Positions 22,618 through 31,589 are shown, counted from the stretch's first letter. The stretch is 64,000 nucleotides of DNA from an uncultured Chloroflexia bacterium (GCA_963838115.1 CAWIPU010000006.1:326622-390621), one strand, 5' to 3'. Numbers and translations are program-made. Notes: generated by a model not told the origin, from the letters alone.

Positions 22618-23376
22618 CTAGTCGAGTTCGCGACGCATCACCGGAAAGCGCTCATCGTGGATGGCCAGTTCGAACCCGCAAGCTTCCCAGAAGGCTGGTG
22701 TCGCGGTAGATGCCTCATCGACCCCCAAAGTCAAGTCGGGATAGGCCTCGACAGCCGCGAAGCCTCGCGAAGCCAAGTCCTCGACGACCGCTTCCACGAG
22801 CTTGCGACCGAGCCCTTCGCCACGCGCCACGGCACTCGTCGCGACACAGGTGATGACCGCGGGCAGCGGCGAGCTGGGCAGTCGCGGGTAGAGGTCCCGG
22901 ATGTGTTGAGCACGCGGGTAGGCTGAGAGCGGGCCGAACTGAGCGAAGGCCGCGGGTTCGCCAGCGTGGAGCAGGGTCTTGGCGTACGAGCCGAAGACCA
23001 CCCGGCCACGCACGAGCAGGCGCAGCTTCCTCGGCGCGTCGGCCGACGGGGCCCGCGGGTCCACTTCAGGGACCGGCGCGAATGGATTGAAGTCGGTCGC
23101 CTCGAAGGCACCCCCGGGCATCGCGAATGGGTTGAAGTCGCCGCCCTCGCCAACCGGAGCGGCGAAGGGATTGTCCGCGGGCGGCCGTGGTGCCGGTCTG
23201 GCTGCCGGTTGGGCAGGCTTCCACCAGAATGCTCGGGCAGCCTTCGATCCGTGGATCTCGTTCTCCCAATAGTCACAGCTGCGATGGTCGAACCGCGCAT
23301 CAGCACACGGTGGAAGCAGGGCGAACATAGAGTCGTCGGTGACATCTCGGATCTCGATGTCGGCGGGTCTGGTCAC
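22618..23376 (-). CDS. GNAT-family N-acetyltransferase with a Pro/Ala-rich insertion containing NPF repeats
   Basis: The C-terminal half has an acetyl-CoA-binding-like RGEGLGRKLVEAVVEDL. The N-terminal part carries a Cys/His cluster (PPCADARFDHRSCDYWE). The insertion contains DNPFA, DFNPFA, DFNPFA. Confidence 0.65.
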   Translation of the reverse strand: MTRPADIEIRDVTDDSMFALLPPCADARFDHRSCDYWENEIHGSKAARAFWWKPAQPAARPAPRPPADNPFAAPVGEGGDFNPFAMPGGAFEATDFNPFAPVPEVDPRAPSADAPRKLRLLVRGRVVFGSYAKTLLHAGEPAAFAQFGPLSAYPRAQHIRDLYPRLPSSPLPAVITCVATSAVARGEGLGRKLVEAVVEDLASRGFAAVEAYPDLTLGVDEASTATPAFWEACGFELAIHDERFPVMRRELD

Positions 23377-23395
23377 ACCGCGCAGTGTAGGCGGC

Positions 23396-24109
23396 CTAGA
23401 CCCCGAAACGGAGGCTGTCCGCGATCTCGTCGAAGACGGCTTCGACGTCTTCGCTCACATCGGGGCCCGCGATGAAGTTGACCAGGTAGGCTTGGCGGCC
23501 GAACCGGAAGAGATATGAACGAACGCTCAACTCACCGACATCAGGGTCGTCGATGGTGTAGTCGAAGCGGACCGCCTTGGCGGCATTCAACACGACGTCA
23601 TGTGCGGAGATGGGCTGGCTGGTCAGACCCGGAAGTTCGATGATCTGCTCTCGGACGTGCGACTTGACCTCTCTGGCCCGCATCCCCAAGGTGGGCTGGA
23701 CCAGGACGACCAGCGTCGGTGACGCTTCGCTCTCGCTGAAGGCGGCGGCGGCGACCGCGCTCAGACGGACATCGGTCGCGTCGATCACTGCGCCGATCCG
23801 AGTCGCCAAGCCCGGCATGCTCGACGCGATGGCCAAGAGCAAGTCCTCAGATCGGTCCGCATCGACGGCCACGGCGATCCATCCCGGAGGCAGGTCCATG
23901 GCGTATCCATCGGGATGGGGCCACCACGTCTCGGCTTCGCTGCCGACGGCAGCGGGTGCGGCGCTCCCAACCTCCGGCGTGGACAGAGGAGTCCGGTCGG
24001 GGCCGAGCAAGGCTTGGAGCACGGCGGTCGTCGGCGCACTGCAGCCCACGGCGATGAGGCCCACTAGTGCGAGGACGAGGAAGCCGACTGGGGTGTTCCG
24101 GCGCTTCAT
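23396..24109 (-). CDS. Putative lipoprotein of unknown function
   Basis: MKRRNTPVGFLVLALVGLIAVGC is a signal peptide with a lipobox-like LIAVGC. The ORF maximum (24229) would run into the riboswitch promoter region, so the start was moved to 24109. Confidence 0.55.
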   Translation of the reverse strand: MKRRNTPVGFLVLALVGLIAVGCSAPTTAVLQALLGPDRTPLSTPEVGSAAPAAVGSEAETWWPHPDGYAMDLPPGWIAVAVDADRSEDLLLAIASSMPGLATRIGAVIDATDVRLSAVAAAAFSESEASPTLVVLVQPTLGMRAREVKSHVREQIIELPGLTSQPISAHDVVLNAAKAVRFDYTIDDPDVGELSVRSYLFRFGRQAYLVNFIAGPDVSEDVEAVFDEIADSLRFGV

Positions 24110-24207
24110 CTCGGCCACAGGATGCCCCAGAACTCGCGAATCTGCAGGCGATCGATAGATCCCGCCGAGGACGGACCGCTGCCTCATCCGACCTTGAGAT
24201 CGGCCAC

Positions 24208-24220
24208 TGCTATAGTCGAC
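24208..24220 (+). promoter_or_regulatory. Extended -10 promoter element for the riboswitch-ABC transcript
   Basis: TGCTATAGTCGAC, identical to the 13-mer at 4142-4154. It lies about 20 nt upstream of the first riboswitch helix. Confidence 0.45.
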
Positions 24221-24238
24221 TGACATCACGCAGATAGA

Positions 24239-24399
<161 letters not shown>

Positions 24400-24514
24400 A
24401 CCGCCGACCTCGTGTCGGCCGCTGGTCGCACTTGGAGCGCGAAGGCCCGTAGACCGGGAATGCGTACTCCCCTTCACTTGCGGTACCTCGATGGTGTGGC
24501 TGGAGGTCATACCG

Positions 24515-25282
24515 GTGGATGCTATCGAGCTCCGTGGGGTCTCCCGAAGCTTCGACATCAAGGGCTCACGCTTGATCGCCCTCGAAGGGCTTGACTTGTG
24601 TGTGGCGGAGCGTGAGATCGTCGCTATCGTCGGGCCCAATGGCTGCGGCAAGTCCACGCTGCTTCGTGTCATCAGCGGCTTGCTGCCACCCGATCGCGGG
24701 TCGGTACTTGCCTACGACTCGACAGTGGCAGGTATCGACCCTCGTGTCGGGCTGGTGTTCCAGGAGCCTCGCCTGCTGCCCTGGCGCGACGTGCTGGGCA
24801 ACGTCGCCTTTCCGCTCGAGCTGGCGGGCGTCAAGCGCAGCGACCGCGAACAGCGGGCGCGCGCAGCATTGCGACTGACTGGGTTGGAGGCGTTCACGGA
24901 GGCCTACCCTGACCAACTATCTGGCGGCATGGCACAACGCGCAGCACTGGCCCGCGCATTGGCGCCGGAGCCGGACGTACTCCTGCTCGATGAGCCCTTC
25001 AGTGCGCTCGACGCCATGACTCGCGAACGGCTCGATAGCGAACTGTTGACGTTGTGGGGCAAGACGGGAACGACCATCGTGCTGGTCACGCACAGCATCT
25101 CCGAGGCGGTGTTCGTCTCCGATCGTGTGCTGGTGATGTCACAGCGGCCGGGTCGTATCGTGGCCGACATTCCCGTCCCAGCATCGCGCCCGCGCAGCCT
25201 CGCGAATGGCGGGGCGTCGATGTTCAGCTCGGCCGCAGATGAGGTCCGACGGATCCTGTCGGGGACCGAGGCGGCGGCGTGA
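24515..25282 (+). CDS. ABC transporter ATP-binding protein (NitT/TauT family)
   Basis: Walker A GPNGCGKST, signature LSGGMAQR and Walker B LLLDEP. GGAGG lies 8 nt upstream of the GTG at 24515, and an in-frame ATG at 24491 is an alternative. The upstream part of the ORF covers the riboswitch and is not coding. Confidence 0.85.
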   Translation: MDAIELRGVSRSFDIKGSRLIALEGLDLCVAEREIVAIVGPNGCGKSTLLRVISGLLPPDRGSVLAYDSTVAGIDPRVGLVFQEPRLLPWRDVLGNVAFPLELAGVKRSDREQRARAALRLTGLEAFTEAYPDQLSGGMAQRAALARALAPEPDVLLLDEPFSALDAMTRERLDSELLTLWGKTGTTIVLVTHSISEAVFVSDRVLVMSQRPGRIVADIPVPASRPRSLANGGASMFSSAADEVRRILSGTEAAA

Positions 25283-26061
25283 CGTCCGTAGCGCCGCCGC
25301 TATGGCGACGTGCCTTGCATGATCTCCTTCCCGTATTGGCGGCGGCGCTGCTCTTTGTCCTTGTCTGGGCGGCCATCGTGGTCATCGGCGACTACCCGAC
25401 ATACATCCTTCCCGGCCCGCTGGTCGTGGCGCAACGCTTCACCGAAGGGTGGCTCGAAGGCACCATCGTGTCCCACTTCCTGACCACCTTGGTCGAGGTC
25501 ATGCTGGGCCTCCTCGTCGGTGGCAGCGCCGGGATCCTGACCGGCATCCTGCTGGCACGATCACGGTTGGCGGCACGCATGCTTTCGCCGTACATCGTGG
25601 CGGCACAGGCCACGCCGATCCTGGCGCTGGCTCCGCTCATCGCCCTTTGGTTCGGCACGGGTCTGGGGAGCCGCGTGCTTATTTGTGCGCTCATCTGCTT
25701 CTTCCCCATTGCCGTGGGCACGATGGTCGGGATCCGCTCGGTGGACCCTCGGCTGGTCGAGCTCGGCCGCAGCCTTCGCGCTACGCGAGGGCAGAGGTTG
25801 GCCCACATCGAAGTACCTTCAGCCCTGCCTCAGATCATGGGTAGCCTGCGCATCGGCGTCACGCTCGCGGTGGTCGGCGCGATCGTGGCTGAATGGGCTG
25901 GTGGCGATCGTGGCCTGGGCGTGCTGATCAACCTGGCTCGCGGCAGCATGTTCGACATCCCGTTGATGTTCGCCACACTGTTCACCATCGCCCTCTTGGG
26001 GGTGACTCTCTACCTGATCGTCGTCGCCATCGAGCGACGCCTCGTCCGCACCCACCCCTGA
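25279..26061 (+). CDS. ABC transporter permease (NitT/TauT family)
   Basis: Multi-TM protein of BPD-transporter type. The start overlaps the ATPase stop. Confidence 0.85.
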   Translation: MTSVAPPLWRRALHDLLPVLAAALLFVLVWAAIVVIGDYPTYILPGPLVVAQRFTEGWLEGTIVSHFLTTLVEVMLGLLVGGSAGILTGILLARSRLAARMLSPYIVAAQATPILALAPLIALWFGTGLGSRVLICALICFFPIAVGTMVGIRSVDPRLVELGRSLRATRGQRLAHIEVPSALPQIMGSLRIGVTLAVVGAIVAEWAGGDRGLGVLINLARGSMFDIPLMFATLFTIALLGVTLYLIVVAIERRLVRTHP

Positions 26062-26085
26062 AGTTGCGAAAGGGATCACATCACC

Positions 26086-27117
26086 ATGCATCGTCCTCAT
26101 CGGTCTGCTCGTGTCCTCGGCGGTTTGACCATCGCCCTGACGTCCCTGCTGACCCTCGGCGTGGCAGGCAACTCCGCACAGTCTGAACAACCCATGGCGA
26201 TGGAGCCTGTCCCATTGACCGTTGGACTGGGCTACATCCCCAGCGTCCAGTTCGCGCAGTTCTATCTGGCCGATGCGGCCGGCTACTACGAGGATGCCGG
26301 GCTGGATGTGACGTTCCAGAACAAGATCGACCCGGAACTCATCACCCTGCTCGCCCAAGGGTCGATCGACATAGGCATGGCCGATGGCACCAGCCTCATC
26401 CCGGCCGTCAGCCGCGGTATCCCCGTGGTCTACGGCGCCACCATCTACGCCACCGATCCCAACGTCGTCTTCTCGCTTGCCGACCGCGGGATCGTCGCCG
26501 TGGCAGATCTGGAGGGCAAGTCGATCGGCGTCCCCGGACGCTACGGGTCGTCCTGGGTGGCCCTGCAAGCGCTGCTCCAGACTGCCGGCCTTGGCGCCGA
26601 CGACGTCGACATCGTGAGCTACCCCGACTTCGGCCAGAGCGTGGCCGTGGCGCAGGGACAGGTCGATGCTGCCACCGGTTTCGTCACCAACGAACCGGTC
26701 CAGCTGCGTCTCCAGGGACTTGATGTCAGCGAGCTTCACGTGTACGACTTCGCCCGCCTGCCGGGACCGGGCCTGGTGACCGGCCGGGAGACGCTCGCGA
26801 AGAAGGGCGATGCCCTCCGGGCGTTCACCGCGGCGACCGTGCGAGCGATGGAGGCCATCGTTGCTGACCCGCAGTTGGGGCTCGACGCCACCTTTGCGCG
26901 TGTGCCCGAGCTGGCCGGCGAGCCTGAGACTCAGCTCGCCATCCTCGAAGCCACGATCGGCACCTGGCAGAGCGAGTACAGCGCCGAACACGGGTTTGGC
27001 AGCGTTGACCGCGGCGCGTGGCAGTCGGGCATCGACATCATGTCCTCGCTGCCTGATTCGGTGGTGGCTGGGACCGTGACGGTCGACGATCTCGTCACCG
27101 ACGCGCTGCAGCCTTGA
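26086..27117 (+). CDS. ABC substrate-binding protein, NMT1/THI5-like (ThiY/RibY-like)
   Basis: Signal peptide, then LGYIPSVQFAQFYLA... typical of NMT1/THI5-type binding proteins. It sits in an operon with the permease and ATPase. Confidence 0.8.
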   Translation: MHRPHRSARVLGGLTIALTSLLTLGVAGNSAQSEQPMAMEPVPLTVGLGYIPSVQFAQFYLADAAGYYEDAGLDVTFQNKIDPELITLLAQGSIDIGMADGTSLIPAVSRGIPVVYGATIYATDPNVVFSLADRGIVAVADLEGKSIGVPGRYGSSWVALQALLQTAGLGADDVDIVSYPDFGQSVAVAQGQVDAATGFVTNEPVQLRLQGLDVSELHVYDFARLPGPGLVTGRETLAKKGDALRAFTAATVRAMEAIVADPQLGLDATFARVPELAGEPETQLAILEATIGTWQSEYSAEHGFGSVDRGAWQSGIDIMSSLPDSVVAGTVTVDDLVTDALQP

Positions 27118-27119
27118 AG

Positions 27120-27326
27120 ATGGTCGATACTGAGGGCATGACTGATGTCGAACCCGCGACGGTGGGGGCCACGGACGACCATACCGATGATGTGGCAGGG
27201 CACGGCCATGCGCCCGCCGCAGAACCGCTGGGCCCAATCGACCTGCGGGCTTGGGCCTACGCGGTCATGGGCGGCGCCGTCGGCCTGGTGGTCGTGGTCG
27301 CCCTGTTCGTCGCTGGCGGCAACTGA
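27120..27326 (+). CDS. Small acidic protein with a C-terminal TM helix (hypothetical)
   Basis: It starts right at the end of the binding-protein gene, has GC-rich third codon positions, and has a C-terminal hydrophobic helix AVMGGAVGLVVVVALFVAGG. Confidence 0.35.
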   Translation: MVDTEGMTDVEPATVGATDDHTDDVAGHGHAPAAEPLGPIDLRAWAYAVMGGAVGLVVVVALFVAGGN

Positions 27327-27368
27327 ACCCCGGCACGCCTCCGGTGGGTCACGCGACGATCGCCCGAA

Positions 27369-28040
27369 CTATTCGTTCTCAGGCTGACGCAGGCCACCTC
27401 TGACGACCCGCTCCCGCGCACGGTCAGTGGTGCTTTGGATCTGCTGGAGGCGCTGACTGAGCTCAGCGCTCACGGCGCCTGCGAAACTCTCATCCCCGAC
27501 CGAGTCGAGGTTCGCGGCCACGTTGGCGCCAGCGGACCGGGCAGCACACTCCAGCAGCAGGGCGCCCACCTCAAGATCACTGGCAACGTTGAGATTGGTG
27601 CGACCGGCGAGCCGCTCGATGAGACTGATCTGGGTATGGCAGGCCTTGACGATGGCTAGTGGTACGTCCGTTGCCTGACGAGCCGCAGCGCGAGTAGCCT
27701 CAGCGCGGGCCGTCTCCCCAGCATCGGTCTCGTGAGGCATCTGCCTCGCCGAGCGGTAGGCAGCGTAGGCCGCGGCGTCCTCATCAGCCAAGGCAAGGAA
27801 GCGTGCCCGTGCGGCGTCGGAGGCATCCAGCGCCTCGCGGTGCAGCGCCGAATGCTCGGCGTATTTGGGCCGGTCGAGTGAAAGACGTACGACCATGGCG
27901 GTGAGGCTGGCGGCCAGCGCCGCGGCCACCGCGGCTGCCGCGCCACCGCCAGGGGTCGGCTGCTCTGACGCAAGCGCCTCGGTGAACTCACCGATGGGAG
28001 CGGAAGCGGTCGTATGTGTCGTGTCGCTCATCAGTGGCAT
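27369..28040 (-). CDS. Cyclodeaminase/cyclohydrolase family protein (FTCD C-terminal-like)
   Basis: All-helical, Ala-rich protein. PTPGGGAAAAVAAALAASL is the characteristic N-terminal motif of formiminotetrahydrofolate cyclodeaminase-like proteins. Confidence 0.7.
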   Translation of the reverse strand: MPLMSDTTHTTASAPIGEFTEALASEQPTPGGGAAAAVAAALAASLTAMVVRLSLDRPKYAEHSALHREALDASDAARARFLALADEDAAAYAAYRSARQMPHETDAGETARAEATRAAARQATDVPLAIVKACHTQISLIERLAGRTNLNVASDLEVGALLLECAARSAGANVAANLDSVGDESFAGAVSAELSQRLQQIQSTTDRARERVVRGGLRQPENE

Positions 28041-28095
28041 TCTCGCACGCCACGCCCGTCGTCCGCGAGAGGGATAGCCGCGACACCGGGACGAT

Positions 28096-28368
28096 TCAGG
28101 CGGCCTCCGCGAGACCGGCTACCTGGCTCGCCAACTCCTCGACCGTCCAGCGCCGATCACGCAGCAGATGGACGAGTCGATAGCGACGACCTGACGCCTC
28201 GACGACGAAGACCCTGCGTGGCCCGGACCGCAGTGGATAGGCAGCGGTCTCGTCGCGGACGGACTCCAGGCGGGTCACCGAGAAGCGCTCGTCGGTCGTG
28301 CGGACCTCCCGTGGACGTCCGGCAGCATCCACTGCGACCGAAAGGCTGGTGGCATTGAAGTGGAACAT
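28096..28368 (-). CDS. Small (90 aa) SOS-box-controlled protein of unknown function
   Basis: ATG at 28368 preceded by GAGGAG (8-nt spacing). A LexA-type promoter lies directly upstream. The product is MFHFNATSLSVAVDAAGRPREV...RRYRLVHLLRDRRWTVEEL.... Confidence 0.6.
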   Translation of the reverse strand: MFHFNATSLSVAVDAAGRPREVRTTDERFSVTRLESVRDETAAYPLRSGPRRVFVVEASGRRYRLVHLLRDRRWTVEELASQVAGLAEAA

Positions 28369-28422
28369 GGTGATGGCTCCTCTGTGGGAACGACGCGACC
28401 GAGGGCACATCCGGACGACAGT

Positions 28423-28480
28423 CGAACATCTGTTCTATGACGCTTCACGAGATGCTATCGAACATCTGTTCTAGTGTCAA
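28423..28480 (-). promoter_or_regulatory. Promoter with two LexA (SOS, Cheo-type) boxes
   Basis: CGAACATCTGTTCT occurs at 28423-28436 and 28459-28472 (GAAC-N4-GTTC). On the minus strand the arrangement is TTGACA-ct-AGAACAGATGTTCG-a-TAGCAT, which has the same geometry as the lexA promoter. Confidence 0.8.
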
Positions 28481-28586
28481 CCCAGGGGCGCTGGTTTGTG
28501 TAGGGGCGCTGGTTTGTTGATGGGCTGGTCGGAACGAGCGTCGTCCCGTGATGTGCCAACTCCCGTGTCACAGACGGTCAGCAGGC

Positions 28587-29834
28587 TCAGGCATCATCGG
28601 GTGGTTCGGAGAAGACTCGCCCGATGCTGCCCCCCTCGGGCGCAGTCATGGGATCGCGCTCGAATGGCTCCGCCACGTCACTATCAAGCAGTCGCGCACG
28701 TCGGATTGCCCTGGTGCCGAAACGCCGGCGGATCTTGTCCGCAGCCTCGGTGGCAAGGCGGCGGCGTTCGTCGGTCACGTCGAAGAACGACATCTGCTCA
28801 CCATCGTCGAGGTGCGATGCGCCGACCCCGAGCAGCCGGATCCGGCTACCGCGGAGGTGCGGGCGAGCCAGTTCCACGGCCGCCCTGAACACGACTTCCG
28901 TCTGGTCGGTCGGTTGCCGAAGGGTACGCTGGCGAGTGATGGTGGTGAATGAGGAGTCGCGCACCTTGATGACGATAGTGCGGGCCTTCACGCCACCTGC
29001 ACGCAGGCGGCTCGCTACCCCCTCCGAAAGCGCCAGCAACGTGCGCTCAAGCACCTCATGGTCTGCGGTATCGACAGCGAAGGTGTGTTCATGGCTCACC
29101 GAGCGTGCTGGCTCGGCCGCCGACACCGGGGTCGGATCGATGCCACGCGCGCGCTGCGCCAACACAGGGCCCTGCCGCCCGAAGCGTCGTGCCAGCAAGT
29201 CATCTGGCAGGTCGGCCAGATCGCCGATGGTACGGACGCCGAACTCCGCGAGAACGGCTTCCGTCTTGGCTCCCACGCCCCAAAGTCGCGAGATGGGCAA
29301 GGGCGAGAGGAACGCCGCCTCGGTCCCAGCCGTGACCACCACCAAGCCATCGGGCTTCTTAAGATCAGATGCGATCTTGGCTACCAGCTTGGTCGATGCC
29401 ACGCCGACCGAGACCGTCAGGTCCAGCTCAAGCCGGACGGTCGCCCGTATGGAGCGCGCGACCTGGACCGCTGAACCGTGGAGGGCTTCTGAGCCAGCCA
29501 TATCAAGGAATGCTTCGTCGATGGAGACCTGCTCTACGGCGGGCGTGTAGCGCCGCAAGATCTCCATGACCTGACGGCTGATCGCGTTGTACTTGCGGCC
29601 GTCGACCGGTACGAAGACAGCATCCGCACACAGGCTGGCCGCGGTGCGAAGTGGCATGGCTGAACGAATGCCGTAGCGGCGCGCCTCGTAGGAGGCCGCC
29701 GAGACCACACCCCGATCGTCGCGCCCGCCGCCCCCGACGACGACGGGTCGGCCGCGCAGCTGGGGGCGGTCTCGCTGCTCGACGGCAGCGAAGAAGGCGT
29801 CGAGATCGACGTGCAGGATGGTGGCGCTGATCAC
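28587..29834 (-). CDS. dinB: DNA polymerase IV (Y-family)
   Basis: MISATILHVDLDAFFAAVEQRD..., the SIDEAFLD catalytic motif, and a full-length Y-family polymerase architecture. Confidence 0.9.
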   Translation of the reverse strand: MISATILHVDLDAFFAAVEQRDRPQLRGRPVVVGGGGRDDRGVVSAASYEARRYGIRSAMPLRTAASLCADAVFVPVDGRKYNAISRQVMEILRRYTPAVEQVSIDEAFLDMAGSEALHGSAVQVARSIRATVRLELDLTVSVGVASTKLVAKIASDLKKPDGLVVVTAGTEAAFLSPLPISRLWGVGAKTEAVLAEFGVRTIGDLADLPDDLLARRFGRQGPVLAQRARGIDPTPVSAAEPARSVSHEHTFAVDTADHEVLERTLLALSEGVASRLRAGGVKARTIVIKVRDSSFTTITRQRTLRQPTDQTEVVFRAAVELARPHLRGSRIRLLGVGASHLDDGEQMSFFDVTDERRRLATEAADKIRRRFGTRAIRRARLLDSDVAEPFERDPMTAPEGGSIGRVFSEPPDDA

Positions 29835-29870
29835 CGCACCATGATGTCTTGGCGGGCAAGCCCGCAGTCG

Positions 29871-30317
29871 TCAGCCCTTGGGCTCGACTGCGATGGTGAC
29901 CTCGGGGGTCATCCCGGCGAAGACGCGGATGGCGACCTTATAGGTGCCCAACTGCCGCAGCGGCTCATCAAGGTCGATCCGGTGACGGTCGATCTCGATA
30001 CCACGGCGAGCCAGCGCGTCGGAGATGTCCTTGGCGGTGATGGAGCCATAGAGCTTGCCGCCCTCGCCGACCTTGACGCCCATCGTCAGCGTCGTGCTGC
30101 TGATGCGCTGTGCAGCGATCTCTGCCTCCGCTCGCTCCTTCTTGCGCTGCACTTCGCGGCTGGCGATGTCGTGCTGCCAAGCGCGGTAAGTGCCGCCCGA
30201 CGCCGGGACGGCCAGGCTTCGCGGGATGAGGTAGTTGCGGGCGTACCCGTTGGTGACGTCCTTGAGTTCGCCGCTCTTGCCGAGTGGGCCCACATCCGCT
30301 GTGAGGATGACCTTCAC
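29871..30317 (-). CDS. rplI: 50S ribosomal protein L9
   Basis: MKVILTADVGPLGKSGELKDVTNGYARNYLIP is the canonical L9 N-terminus. Confidence 0.95.
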   Translation of the reverse strand: MKVILTADVGPLGKSGELKDVTNGYARNYLIPRSLAVPASGGTYRAWQHDIASREVQRKKERAEAEIAAQRISSTTLTMGVKVGEGGKLYGSITAKDISDALARRGIEIDRHRIDLDEPLRQLGTYKVAIRVFAGMTPEVTIAVEPKG

Positions 30318-30811
30318 GCTGAGACTGCCTCCTTGTCCATTGCTTCTTTCTCCATGTAACCACGGTCTTCCAGTTCCGCCTTGACCACGTCAGCACTGGC
30401 TTCCAAGAGCGCCGGAAGGCGGCGGGCGATCGTGCGGATGGGCAGCGGGAGGAAGCGTCGTGCGGCTTCCATGTCGCGCTCCAATTCACGACCGTCGATG
30501 CCAAGGGTATACATCTTCTCGACCATGAGCGATTTTGGGATCCCTTCCAGGAACAGGTCGATGGCGATGACGGTCACCATCACGTCGTCGAACCTACCGA
30601 TGAAGGGGATGGCATCAGGGATGATGTCGATCGGCGAGAGCACGTACACGGCGGCAAGACCAAGGATCGCCTTCCTTGACCATGACACCCGTCCGTCCAC
30701 GGCCAACTCCGCGATGAGCCGACCATAGGTCGGCGCACGCGAAGCGATCGGGATGAACGGCCAGAGGCTGAGCGCAGCCAGCCCCAGCCTGAAGGTGCTT
30801 CTCACGGCCAT
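30314..30811 (-). CDS. DUF1232 (YkvA-like) membrane protein
   Basis: LSPIDIIPDAIPFIGRFDD is the signature of the DUF1232 family. The start is uncertain (alternatives at 30853 and 30976). Confidence 0.65.
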   Translation of the reverse strand: MAVRSTFRLGLAALSLWPFIPIASRAPTYGRLIAELAVDGRVSWSRKAILGLAAVYVLSPIDIIPDAIPFIGRFDDVMVTVIAIDLFLEGIPKSLMVEKMYTLGIDGRELERDMEAARRFLPLPIRTIARRLPALLEASADVVKAELEDRGYMEKEAMDKEAVSA

Positions 30812-30892
30812 CGGGAGCGAGAGTCTAGCAGCAGCCGAACATTCGGCTCGCATCCAGACAGTCCCCCACCGCGGCGGCGCCCAAGCGGCCCC

Positions 30893-30921
30893 TTGACAAC
30901 CGAACAGGTGTTCGGTACTGT
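30893..30921 (+). promoter_or_regulatory. lexA promoter with an embedded SOS box
   Basis: TTGACA (30893-30898), a 17-nt spacer containing the perfect palindrome CGAACAGGTGTTCG (30901-30914), then TACTGT (30916-30921). GGAGG SD precedes the GTG at 30939. Confidence 0.85.
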
Positions 30922-30938
30922 TCAGTCCAGGAGGTCCC

Positions 30939-31589
30939 GTGACCAAGCACGACGCACTCCGCAAGCAGCGGATCATCGACTACATCGCCGCCACCGTTCA
31001 CGAGAGCGGGTATCCGCCGTCCGTTCGGGAGATCGCCGCCGCCGTGGGCCTTGCATCGACCTCGGCCGTGCACCATCACCTCTCGGCGCTGGAGCGGGAG
31101 GGCAAGCTGCAGCGAGACGCGACACAGTCACGCGCGCTGCGTCTGACCAGAGCTGCAACGGTGACGAGTGCCTCGGGCATTGACGTCTTGACCGGGACTC
31201 ATGATGGTCAGGCTCGGGTGCTGCCCGTCATCGGCGAGATCGCCGCCGGTGGCCCCATCGAGGCCTATCAGGATGCCAATGAGTCCGTCAGCATTCCTGA
31301 CATCATCAACACGACCGCAAGCACGTACGTCCTACGGGTGCGGGGGGACTCCATGGTCGATGCCCACATCATGGACGGCGATCTCGTGGTGATCCGAGAA
31401 CAACAGACCGCGCTCGATGGTGACATCGTCGTGGCGCAGGTGGACGAGAACGCGGTCACACTGAAGCGCTTCTTCAAGGAACGCGACCGCGTGCGGCTGC
31501 AGCCCGCGAATGATGCCTATGAGCCCCAGTTCTATGACGATGTGCGGATCCAGGGCAAGCTCGTTGGGGTGATTCGCCGGGTCGATTAA
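30939..31589 (+). CDS. lexA: LexA repressor
   Basis: Winged-helix N-terminus, an AAG cleavage region (EIAAGGPIE), and the S24 peptidase Ser (RGDSM) and Lys (TLKRF). Confidence 0.95.
   Translation: MTKHDALRKQRIIDYIAATVHESGYPPSVREIAAAVGLASTSAVHHHLSALEREGKLQRDATQSRALRLTRAATVTSASGIDVLTGTHDGQARVLPVIGEIAAGGPIEAYQDANESVSIPDIINTTASTYVLRVRGDSMVDAHIMDGDLVVIREQQTALDGDIVVAQVDENAVTLKRFFKERDRVRLQPANDAYEPQFYDDVRIQGKLVGVIRRVD

Noticed and set aside
25819-27237. A 472-aa minus-strand ORF.
   Set aside because: It is antisense to the ABC permease and binding-protein genes, which have clear family signatures. Its composition is Arg/Gly/His-rich, typical of an antisense frame in GC-rich DNA.
30831-30851. A second SOS-like palindrome CCGAACATTCGG near the DUF1232 gene start.
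   Set aside because: The right half-site is GGCT, not GTTC, at the N4 spacing. It does not fit GAAC-N4-GTTC.
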